From the NCBI GenBank assembly GCA_964490075.1, contig CAZBBK010000048.1:1-42746 (forward strand): a stretch of 42,746 nucleotides of DNA, in the 5' to 3' direction. Below, piece by piece: positions 35,287 to 42,746 of the stretch. How positions within the stretch are numbered: the first letter of the stretch is position 1; every line of letters starts with the position of its first letter. A program made the position numbers and the translations under genes. This DNA comes from an uncultured Gemmatimonadota bacterium (GTDB lineage Bacteria > GCA-2686955). A model generated the notes under the pieces. It was given only the letters and a program-made list of their open reading frames with translations. It had not been told where the DNA came from and ran no database searches.

Positions 35287-36626
35287 TCCAGGGCGATCGC
35301 GTCGAGATCGTAGATATCGGAGTCGACGATCTCCACCGAGACCATTTCGCCGGCCTCGGGCAGCGCGCCGGCGTCGGTCGGCAGCAGGCGCACGTGGCCG
35401 TCGACCTCGGGAGCGTGGATCGGCGCGCGGGCGATTGCCACCCCCTCTTGCACGCCGTCGACCAGGACCTCCATCCTGCTCCCGACCCGCGCCGCGTTGA
35501 GCTCGGCGGAGATCCGCTCCTGGCGGGCCATGATCCGGTCCATGCGCTCCTGCTTCAGCGCCTCGGGAAGGGGGTCGCCGAGTGGATAGGCCGGGGTGCC
35601 CTCCTCGCGCGAGTAGGTGAAGACACCCAGGTGATCGAAGCGCGTCGTGTCCACGAAATCCTCCAGGCGCCGGAGCTCCTCCTCGCCCTCGCCGGGGAAG
35701 CCGACGATCAGCGTGGTTCGTAGCGCCACTCCCGGGATCGTCGCGCGGATCCGCCGCAAGAGCTCGCCGAGTCGCGCCGCGTCCTGCCCGCGGCCCATCG
35801 CCCGCAGGATGCCCGGGTCGGCGTGCTGCAGCGGAATGTCGGCGTAGGGCACCACGCGCGGATTGCGCGCCATCTCCTCTATCAGCGCGTCGTCCACCTC
35901 GGTCGGATAGAGATAGAGCAGGCGGATCCAGTAGTCGCCCTCGACTTCGCTCTCCAGCGCTCGCAGCAGCTCCGGCAGCATCCTCCCGCCGTCGCGATCG
36001 ACTCCGTAGAACGACGTGTCCTGGCTGATGATGTTGAGCTCGCGCACTCTCTGCCCCACCAGCATCCGCGCCTCGGAAACGACGTCGCTCACGGACCGAC
36101 TGCGGTAGCGGCCCTTGAAACTGGGAATCGCGCAGAAGGCGCAAACGTGGTTGCAACCCTCGGCGATCTTCACGTAGGTGGTATGAGGCAAAGTCAACCG
36201 GTTGCCGTGCTCACTGCCCTGGTAGAGATAGACCTCGCCGCCCTGGTGGCGCCGCCGCACGCCCGCGTCGAGCGCATCGTCGAGCAGTCGATCGATGCGC
36301 CCGAATGACGCCAGGTCGACCAAGAGGTCGATCTCGGGGATCTCGGTCCACAGCTCCTCCGCGTAGCGCGTGACCATGCAGCCGGTCACCACCAGCTTCT
36401 TCTCGGGGTTCCCCTGCTGGGCCCGCGCCACCTCCAGAATGGTGTCGATCGATTCCTCGCGAGCCGGCCCGATGAAGCCGCAGGTGTTGACCAACGTGAC
36501 ATCGGCCTGCGCCGGATCGTCGGCCAGGGTCCATCCAGCGCCCATCAAGCGGGCGTGCATCACCTCGGTGTCGACCGTGTTCTTGGCGCATCCGAGAGTA
36601 ATCAGCGCCACGCTGCCTTTGCTCAT
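35283..36626 (-). CDS. rimO: Ribosomal protein S12 methylthiotransferase
   Basis: LGCAKNTVD, VNTCGFIGPAREESIDTI, KIAEGCNHVCAFCAIP, APEVDG TRAM domain. Confidence 0.95.
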   Translation of the reverse strand: MSKGSVALITLGCAKNTVDTEVMHARLMGAGWTLADDPAQADVTLVNTCGFIGPAREESIDTILEVARAQQGNPEKKLVVTGCMVTRYAEELWTEIPEIDLLVDLASFGRIDRLLDDALDAGVRRRHQGGEVYLYQGSEHGNRLTLPHTTYVKIAEGCNHVCAFCAIPSFKGRYRSRSVSDVVSEARMLVGQRVRELNIISQDTSFYGVDRDGGRMLPELLRALESEVEGDYWIRLLYLYPTEVDDALIEEMARNPRVVPYADIPLQHADPGILRAMGRGQDAARLGELLRRIRATIPGVALRTTLIVGFPGEGEEELRRLEDFVDTTRFDHLGVFTYSREEGTPAYPLGDPLPEALKQERMDRIMARQERISAELNAARVGSRMEVLVDGVQEGVAIARAPIHAPEVDGHVRLLPTDAGALPEAGEMVSVEIVDSDIYDLDAIALE

Positions 36627-37333
36627 TGGCGGATGATCTCGACGTCGGCCGGGAGCGGGGGACTGAAGAGATCGTCCGAGATCGGGTCGTCGACGCGCGG
36701 CGCTCGCAACAGATAGGTCGAAACATTGTCGTTGTCGTCGACGATATCGATCCGCCGGGGCAGCAGCTCGCTTGCGTCGAGATCGAGTCGCAGCTCCTTG
36801 ACGGTGGCTCCGTCACGGGGGCGAAGCACCACTCTGCGGCCCTCGGGATCGCGCTCCGAGGGCGAAACCTCCGCGTCGGACTTGCCGAGGTAGCTGCGCA
36901 GCAGCTTGAAGAAGTTCATCTCGTCCGATTCGCGATAGATCGCCCCTTGCACCAGTTGGCCGTTCTCGGGGATGTACATCGACAGCGAGGTGCCGTCGGA
37001 GCGTATGAACTGGCCCGGTGGATCGGAGTAGCTCAAGATGAAGTCGTCGGGCATACGCGCATAGACCCGCCCGGAAAAAGTGTCGGCGAGGGCGGCGGCG
37101 GCGTAGCGATTCACCTGGGTGAAGTCGGCCGCGTAGGTCGCGAGCCGTTCGAGGCGCGAGTCGAGGCGCTCCAGCAACCCCTCGGGATCCACGACTCGCC
37201 GCGGCTGGGGCCGGGAGAGCTCGGCGACCGGGCGCAGCGCGCGGATCTCGAGCTGCTCGGTGCCGTCGGCCAAGGCGAACGCAGCGGGGATGCCGAGCAG
37301 AACGAGCGCCGCGCGAAGATCGGGAATCACCAT
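36623..37333 (-). CDS. lolA: Outer-membrane lipoprotein carrier LolA-family protein
   Basis: ADFTQ...FSGRVY..MPDDF...SDGTSLSMY...DDLFSPPLPADVEII; canonical position after ftsK. Confidence 0.8.
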   Translation of the reverse strand: MVIPDLRAALVLLGIPAAFALADGTEQLEIRALRPVAELSRPQPRRVVDPEGLLERLDSRLERLATYAADFTQVNRYAAAALADTFSGRVYARMPDDFILSYSDPPGQFIRSDGTSLSMYIPENGQLVQGAIYRESDEMNFFKLLRSYLGKSDAEVSPSERDPEGRRVVLRPRDGATVKELRLDLDASELLPRRIDIVDDNDNVSTYLLRAPRVDDPISDDLFSPPLPADVEIIRQ

Positions 37334-37341
37334 GCCCTCCG

Positions 37342-39828
37342 CTACGCGCCCGCTTCGCCGGGCTGGGTCAGACCGAGCTGCTCCAGGTAGTCGACGCCGA
37401 CCAGCACCTCGCGCGATTTCGATCCTTCGAAGGGGCCGACGATCCCTCCCGCTTCGAGCTCGTCGATCAGCCGCGAGGCACGGGCGTAGCCGACTTTCAG
37501 GCGGCGTTGGAGCAACGAGGCCGAGCCCTGGTTGTGGATCACCACCAGCTTGAGCGCCTCGTCATAGAGCTCGTCGCGATCGAAGTCGAGCACGCATGGA
37601 TCGTCGCTCGACTCCCGGAAGTCGATCCGGTCGGCCTGGATTCCCTGGGCGGCGATGTAATCGACCAGGCGTTTCACCTCGCCGTCGGAGACCAACGCCC
37701 CGTGGACCCGCTCCAGGGTGGCCGAGCCGGCCATGATGAAGAGCATGTCGCCCCGGCCGAGCAGCTTCTCGGCGCCGTTCTGGTCCAGGATGGTCCGGCT
37801 GTCGGTCTTGGACGCCACCTGGAAGGCGATGCGGGATGGGAAGTTGGCCTTGATGACCCCGGTGATCACGTTGACCGAGGGACGCTGGGTGGCCAGGATC
37901 AGGTGCAGGCCGACCGCGCGCGCCTTCTGAGCCAGGCGGGCGATCGGCTCTTCGATCTCGCTGGCGACGGTGAGCATCAGATCGGCCAGCTCGTCGACGA
38001 TGAGCACCAGGTAGGGCAGCGGCTCGAGACCCGGCTCGTCGCCCTCGGCGCTCTCGTAGAGCGCTTCCTCCTCGGGCAGAAGACCGGCGTCGGCCTGCTC
38101 GCGCTCCTGGTCCAGCTCGCCCACGCGGCGGTTGTAGGCCGCGATCGAGCGCACGCCGAGCTTGGCCAGCTTGCGGTAACGCTGCTCCATCTCGCTCACC
38201 GCCCAGTGCAGGGCGCGGGCGACATCCTTCGGATCGGTGATCACCGGCGTGATCAGGTGCGGGATGCCGTTGTAGACGCTGAGCTCGAGCATCTTCGGAT
38301 CGATCATCAGCAGGCGCAGGTCGCGCGGCGATGCCTGGTACAAGAGGCTGGCGACGATCGCGTTGATGCAGACCGACTTGCCGGCTCCGGTGGCGCCCGC
38401 GATCAGGAGGTGCGGGGTGCGCGCCAGGTCCATCGTGAAGGGCTCGCCGTCGATCCTCTTGCCGAGCGCCACCGGCAGCGAGTGCGATCGGGCGGCGAAC
38501 GACTCCGAGGCCAGGATCTCGCGCAAGCGCACCAGCGAGGTCTTGAGGTTGGGCACCTCCACGCCGACCGCATCCTTGCCCGGAATCGGCGCCAGGATGC
38601 GCACCCGGTGGGCCTTGAGGGACATCGCCAGATCGTCGGCCAAGTTGGCGATCTTGTTGATCTTCACGCCCGGTGCCGGCACCACCTCGTAACGGGTGAT
38701 CACCGGCCCCGGCGAGACCTCGCGCACCGACCCTTCGATGCCGAAGTCGGCCAGTTTCTTTTCCAGGGCATCGGCCTGCGAGATCAGCTCGTCGCGAGAG
38801 GGGCGGTAGATCTCGTCTTCGGTCGCCTCTTCGAGAATCGACAGCGGCGGCAGTCGGTAGTCGGCCACGTCGGCTCCGCCGGTCTGCGTGCGGCGGCCGG
38901 GCGGCGCGGCCAGCGGCACGTCCTCGACCATCTCGGCGATGGTGAGCTGACGCGGCGTCGAGGGGGCCGGTGTGACCTCGACCGGAGGAATCCCGGGCAG
39001 GTCGCGCTCGGCGACCGGCGGGCTCGGCTCCGGGTCCGCGTTGGGCTGGAGCCGGGGCTCGTCGCCGGGCTTGCGCTCTCTCGCGCCTCCCGCCCGCTCC
39101 GCCTCGGCCCGCTCGGCCCGCGCGCGCGCCCGCTCCCGCTCCCAGGTCGCGCGCCACTGCGCGACGCGCCCCGAAAGAGCCTGAGCCGCCGCTTCGATCG
39201 ACGCCCACAGCGCTCCGAGCAGGCCGCCGAGTCCGCGACCCGCTCCGGCCGCCGTCTCGAGACTTCGGGCGCCCGCCTGCCTCGCTCCCGCCCCGGCGTC
39301 GAAGGGGAAAGCGAGCAGCAGATTCACCGCGATCCAGACCCCCACCACGAGGTAGGCGCCGGCGACCCCCAGCGCCGAGAGCGTCGCGCCGGCGACCAGG
39401 GCGCCCCAGGCTCCGTAGAGCACCTCCCAGCGGCCCCCGGTGGCGATCGCCAGACCCAGCTCCACACCGAACAGCGCCAGCACCGCGAAGAGCAGCACCG
39501 GCATCCGTGGCCGCAGCCGCACGCCCAGGAAATGGGCCACCCCGCCGCCCAGGAGCGCCAGCGGGACCAGGGCACTCAGCAGCCCGCCCCTGGTCGCCAG
39601 AGGGCGACCGATCTGCCCCCCGATCCCGGCGACCCGACCGCTCTCGCCCGGCAGCGACGCCAGCACGGCGATCACCCCGTAGATCCCGAAGGCGACCAGC
39701 AGCAATCCGGTGATGGTACGCACCGCGCCCGCGCTGAGGCGATGGCGCGAGAACCAGATCGCCCCCGCCATCGCCGCCGCCAGGGCGACGAATATCAGGC
39801 GCAGCACGAAGAGCGGAGAATCCTGCAT
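37342..39828 (-). CDS. ftsK: DNA translocase FtsK
   Basis: N-terminal TM segments, PHLLIAGATGAGKS, IDPKMLEL, IVDELADLM, ATQRPSV, GAEKLLGRGDML, gamma domain LQRRLKVGYARA. Confidence 0.97.
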   Translation of the reverse strand: MQDSPLFVLRLIFVALAAAMAGAIWFSRHRLSAGAVRTITGLLLVAFGIYGVIAVLASLPGESGRVAGIGGQIGRPLATRGGLLSALVPLALLGGGVAHFLGVRLRPRMPVLLFAVLALFGVELGLAIATGGRWEVLYGAWGALVAGATLSALGVAGAYLVVGVWIAVNLLLAFPFDAGAGARQAGARSLETAAGAGRGLGGLLGALWASIEAAAQALSGRVAQWRATWERERARARAERAEAERAGGARERKPGDEPRLQPNADPEPSPPVAERDLPGIPPVEVTPAPSTPRQLTIAEMVEDVPLAAPPGRRTQTGGADVADYRLPPLSILEEATEDEIYRPSRDELISQADALEKKLADFGIEGSVREVSPGPVITRYEVVPAPGVKINKIANLADDLAMSLKAHRVRILAPIPGKDAVGVEVPNLKTSLVRLREILASESFAARSHSLPVALGKRIDGEPFTMDLARTPHLLIAGATGAGKSVCINAIVASLLYQASPRDLRLLMIDPKMLELSVYNGIPHLITPVITDPKDVARALHWAVSEMEQRYRKLAKLGVRSIAAYNRRVGELDQEREQADAGLLPEEEALYESAEGDEPGLEPLPYLVLIVDELADLMLTVASEIEEPIARLAQKARAVGLHLILATQRPSVNVITGVIKANFPSRIAFQVASKTDSRTILDQNGAEKLLGRGDMLFIMAGSATLERVHGALVSDGEVKRLVDYIAAQGIQADRIDFRESSDDPCVLDFDRDELYDEALKLVVIHNQGSASLLQRRLKVGYARASRLIDELEAGGIVGPFEGSKSREVLVGVDYLEQLGLTQPGEAGA

Positions 39829-39840
39829 GATGCCCGAACC

Positions 39841-40491
39841 CTAGCCCGCGCCGAGCTCCCGCCGCAACGCCCGCGCCGCCTGCTCCGCGCCTGCTTCGCT
39901 GCCCGCGTCCAGCGCCTCGACCAGCGCCACGCCGGCCGCCCCCGCCGCCACCACCGCCGCGCAGCGACCCGAGCCGATGCCGCCGATCCCGACCACCGGC
40001 AGCGGGGCAGCCGCCGCCACCACCGCGCGCAGCCCCTCGATCCCGCCGAGCGGCGAGTCGGCCTTGGTGCGGCTCCGGTAGACCGCCCCGAATCCCAGAT
40101 ACGAGGCCCCCGCGGCGAGCGCGGCGCGCGCCTCGCCCCCATCGCGAACCGTCGCACCGACGATCATCCGTGGGGCCAGCCGCCGCGCCTCCTCCACCGG
40201 CAGATCCTCCGCCCCCAGGTGGACTCCGTCGGCGTGCAGCGCCAGCGCCACGTCGAGCCGATCGTTGACCACGAAGAGCGCCCCCGCGGCGCGGGTCGAC
40301 GCCCGGAGCTCCGCCCCGAGCTCGAGCTGGTCGGCCACCGGCGCGTCCTTCGCCCGCAGCTGCACCGCGCTCACACCGCCGCGCAGCGCCCCCCGCACCA
40401 CCTCCGCATAGCTCCTCCGGCCGACGGCCTCCTGCGGGGTCACCAGGTAGAGACGCAGCGCCGCCGCCAGCGGAGCCAGCTCAGTCCTCAT
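39841..40491 (-). CDS. thiE: Thiamine-phosphate synthase
   Basis: [19 protein letters not shown]...[21 protein letters not shown]. Confidence 0.9.
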   Translation of the reverse strand: MRTELAPLAAALRLYLVTPQEAVGRRSYAEVVRGALRGGVSAVQLRAKDAPVADQLELGAELRASTRAAGALFVVNDRLDVALALHADGVHLGAEDLPVEEARRLAPRMIVGATVRDGGEARAALAAGASYLGFGAVYRSRTKADSPLGGIEGLRAVVAAAAPLPVVGIGGIGSGRCAAVVAAGAAGVALVEALDAGSEAGAEQAARALRRELGAG

Positions 40492-41107
40492 CGCCCGAAC
40501 CGATCACCAGGTCGATCCAGTTCAGCCCCGCTCCGACCCGCACCCCGGTGTCGGCACCGCGCAGAATGCGCGCCGCATGCCAGCCGTACTGCACGAACGA
40601 CGCCAGAGTCACCGTCGCCGCGATCATCGCCGCGGTGCCGGCCGCCCCCTGCCAGCGCGCCGCGAAGACGAAGGCGACCAGCGCCAGCACCGTCACCGTC
40701 ACCTGGCCGAGGTGGGTGGACGAAGGGACCGCCCGGCGCCGCCGGTAGACATACCCGGCCACCAACACGATCGCGGCGTCGCGGGCCAGCACCAGCACCG
40801 TCAACCACCAGGGCAGCGCGCGCCACACCGAGAGGGCGATGTAGGCGGTGCCCAGGGCGATCTTGTCCGCCACCGGGTCGACGATGCGCCCGGTCGCCGA
40901 GGTGGCGCCCATGCGCCGGGCGACCGTCCCATCGACGGCATCGGAGAGGAAGGCCACCAGGCAGGCGCCAAAGACCCAGCCGTCCAGGTCCCGCGCCAGT
41001 CCCCAGATCAAGAAGGGCATCGCCGCCACCCGCAACATCGAGATGGCGTTGGGCAGGGTCGCGAAGTCCCGCCAGGCCAGCCGCCGCGCGGGCGGGTCCT
41101 CTACCAC
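40481..41107 (-). CDS. CDP-alcohol phosphatidyltransferase (PgsA-like)
   Basis: [37 protein letters not shown] signature; probable GTG start at 41107 overlapping the accC stop. Confidence 0.88.
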   Translation of the reverse strand: MVEDPPARRLAWRDFATLPNAISMLRVAAMPFLIWGLARDLDGWVFGACLVAFLSDAVDGTVARRMGATSATGRIVDPVADKIALGTAYIALSVWRALPWWLTVLVLARDAAIVLVAGYVYRRRRAVPSSTHLGQVTVTVLALVAFVFAARWQGAAGTAAMIAATVTLASFVQYGWHAARILRGADTGVRVGAGLNWIDLVIGSGDED

Positions 41108-42441
41108 TCGAAGCCCTCGACGAAACCGGTGTGGAACTCGCCGCAGGCGAAGGCGTCGCTGGCCAGCACCGCCTGGTGGAAGGGGGCGGTGGTCGGAACC
41201 CCTTCGACGATCAGCTCCTCGAGGGCGCGGCGCATGCGCGCGATCGCCTCGTCGCGATCGGCTCCGTGGGCCACCAGCTTGGCGATCATCGAATCGTAGT
41301 GAGGGCTCACCTCGCAGCCGGGATAGATATGGGAGTCGACGCGGATGCCGGGTCCGCCGGGGAAGTAGACCAGCTCGACGCGGCCCGGCGAGGGCCGGAA
41401 GTTGTGGCGCGGCGACTCGGCGTTGATGCGGCACTCGATGGCGTGTCCGACGACCCGCACGGATGCCTGGTCAAAGGAGATCGGAGCGCCCGCGGCCACC
41501 TTGATCTGCTCCTTGACCAGGTCGATCCCGGTCACGCATTCGGTCACCGGATGCTCCACCTGGATGCGGGTGTTCATCTCCATGAAATAGAACTCGCCGT
41601 CGGCGGCCAGCAGGAACTCCACGGTTCCGGCGGAGTCGTAGCCGATCGCCCGCGCGCCGCGCACCGCCGCACCGCCCATGCGGGCGCGCAGATCGTCGTC
41701 GACCGCCGGCGAAGGCGCCTCCTCCAGCAGCTTTTGATGGCGCCGCTGGATCGAGCAGTCCCGCTCCCCCAGGTGCAACACGTTGCCGTGCTGATCACCC
41801 AGGATCTGCAGCTCCACGTGGCGTGGCCGCTGCACGAAGCGCTCGATATAGACCACGTCGGAACCGAAGGCGTTGGCCGCCTCGGCGCGGGCCATCGCGA
41901 AACCCCGCCGCAGCTCCCCTTCGGTGCGGGCGACCCGCATCCCCCGTCCTCCGCCACCGGCCGAGGCCTTGACGATCACCGGGTAGCCGATCTGCTTCGC
42001 CACTTCGAGCGCGGACGCCTCGTCGGGGACCGGCCCGTCGCTACCGGGCACCACCGGCACTCCCGCCTCGATCATCCGCTCCCGCGCCTTCACCTTGTCC
42101 CCCATGCCCTCGATGATCTCCGGCTGGGGTCCGATGAAGACCAGATTCGACTCGCGGCAGGCCTCGGCGAAGGCGGCGTTTTCGGCCATGAAGCCGTAGC
42201 CGGGATGGATCGCCGCGGCGTCGGTGATCTCGGCGGCGGCGATGATCTGCTCTTTGCTCAGGTAGCTCATGGACGACCGCGAGGGGCCGATGCAGACGTG
42301 CTCGTCGGCCATGCGCACGTGCAGCGATTCGCGGTCGGCCTCGGAGTGGACCGCCACCGTGCGGACTCCGAGCTCTTTGCAGGCACGAATCACTCGCAGC
42401 GCGATCTCGCCGCGGTTCGCGATCAGAATCTTGTCGAACAT
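41101..42441 (-). CDS. accC: Acetyl-CoA carboxylase biotin carboxylase subunit
   Basis: [60 protein letters not shown]. Confidence 0.97.
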   Translation of the reverse strand: MFDKILIANRGEIALRVIRACKELGVRTVAVHSEADRESLHVRMADEHVCIGPSRSSMSYLSKEQIIAAAEITDAAAIHPGYGFMAENAAFAEACRESNLVFIGPQPEIIEGMGDKVKARERMIEAGVPVVPGSDGPVPDEASALEVAKQIGYPVIVKASAGGGGRGMRVARTEGELRRGFAMARAEAANAFGSDVVYIERFVQRPRHVELQILGDQHGNVLHLGERDCSIQRRHQKLLEEAPSPAVDDDLRARMGGAAVRGARAIGYDSAGTVEFLLAADGEFYFMEMNTRIQVEHPVTECVTGIDLVKEQIKVAAGAPISFDQASVRVVGHAIECRINAESPRHNFRPSPGRVELVYFPGGPGIRVDSHIYPGCEVSPHYDSMIAKLVAHGADRDEAIARMRRALEELIVEGVPTTAPFHQAVLASDAFACGEFHTGFVEGFEW

Positions 42442-42448
42442 CGCCGGG

Positions 42449-42746
42449 TCACGCGGGCTTGATCTTGAAGAGCGGCTGTCCGTACTCGACCGGCTCGCCG
42501 TTCTCGGCCAGGCTCTGCGCGATCGTGCCGTTCTGCTCGGCCTCGATCTCGTTCATGATCTTCATCGCCTCGACGATGCAGACCACGGTGCTCGGCGTGA
42601 CTCGGTCCCCTTCCTGCACGAAGGGCTCGGCGCCGGGCGAGGGGGCGATGTAGAAGGTGCCGACGATCGGCGAGGTGATGGTGTGCAGCCCGTCGTCGAC
42701 CGGCTCCGGTTCCGGCTCTGGGGCGGGCGCGGGCGCGGGCGCGGGC
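42449..42746 (-). CDS. accB: Biotin carboxyl carrier protein, C-terminal part (5' end outside the window)
   Basis: Not in the ORF track. Manual translation: PAPAP linker, [15 protein letters not shown]...[16 protein letters not shown]...[18 protein letters not shown]. Confidence 0.95.
   Translation of the reverse strand, partial: PAPAPAPAPEPEPEPVDDGLHTITSPIVGTFYIAPSPGAEPFVQEGDRVTPSTVVCIVEAMKIMNEIEAEQNGTIAQSLAENGEPVEYGQPLFKIKPA

Noticed and set aside
37507-42462. Very long alternative-frame ORFs (37507-42462, 13380-17303, 32096-34942, 25976-28063, and the N-terminal extensions of 8140-10416 and 11716-14868)
   Set aside because: Antisense or off-frame shadows of real genes in high-GC DNA; Arg/Pro/Gly-rich with no domain motifs.

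Overview
High-GC bacterial window, probably from a diderm (lolA present). Left to right: (1) a truncated GT4 gene and a DUF2007-like gene; (2) about 3 kb (1.1-4.0 kb) of collapsed gene fragments containing a 140-bp imperfect palindrome; (3) a secreted malectin-CotH-lamin-tail protein; (4) a tightly coupled 7-gene glycan-tailoring operon on the minus strand (AlkP/NPP, GT-C fused to a degenerate sulfatase, methyltransferase with coiled coil, GT4, two radical SAM enzymes, GT2); (5) csrA; (6) a multidomain exported redoxin split by an in-frame UGA in a W-U-P-A-C motif and followed by a SECIS-like hairpin, i.e. a probable selenoprotein that the ORF track splits in two; (7) two methyltransferases and a GNAT; (8) a flagellar filament locus (double GT2-TPR glycosyltransferase, flagellin with a sigma-28-like promoter and CsrA sites, fliS, flgM, long fliD, FliT-like gene), followed by a degenerate AlkP protein and a sulfotransferase-phosphodiesterase fusion; (9) a housekeeping operon on the minus strand (accB, accC, CDP-alcohol phosphatidyltransferase, thiE, ftsK, lolA, rimO, TPR lipoprotein). 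No tRNA, rRNA, CRISPR array or transposase was seen. All calls come from motif reading by eye; no database searches were run.
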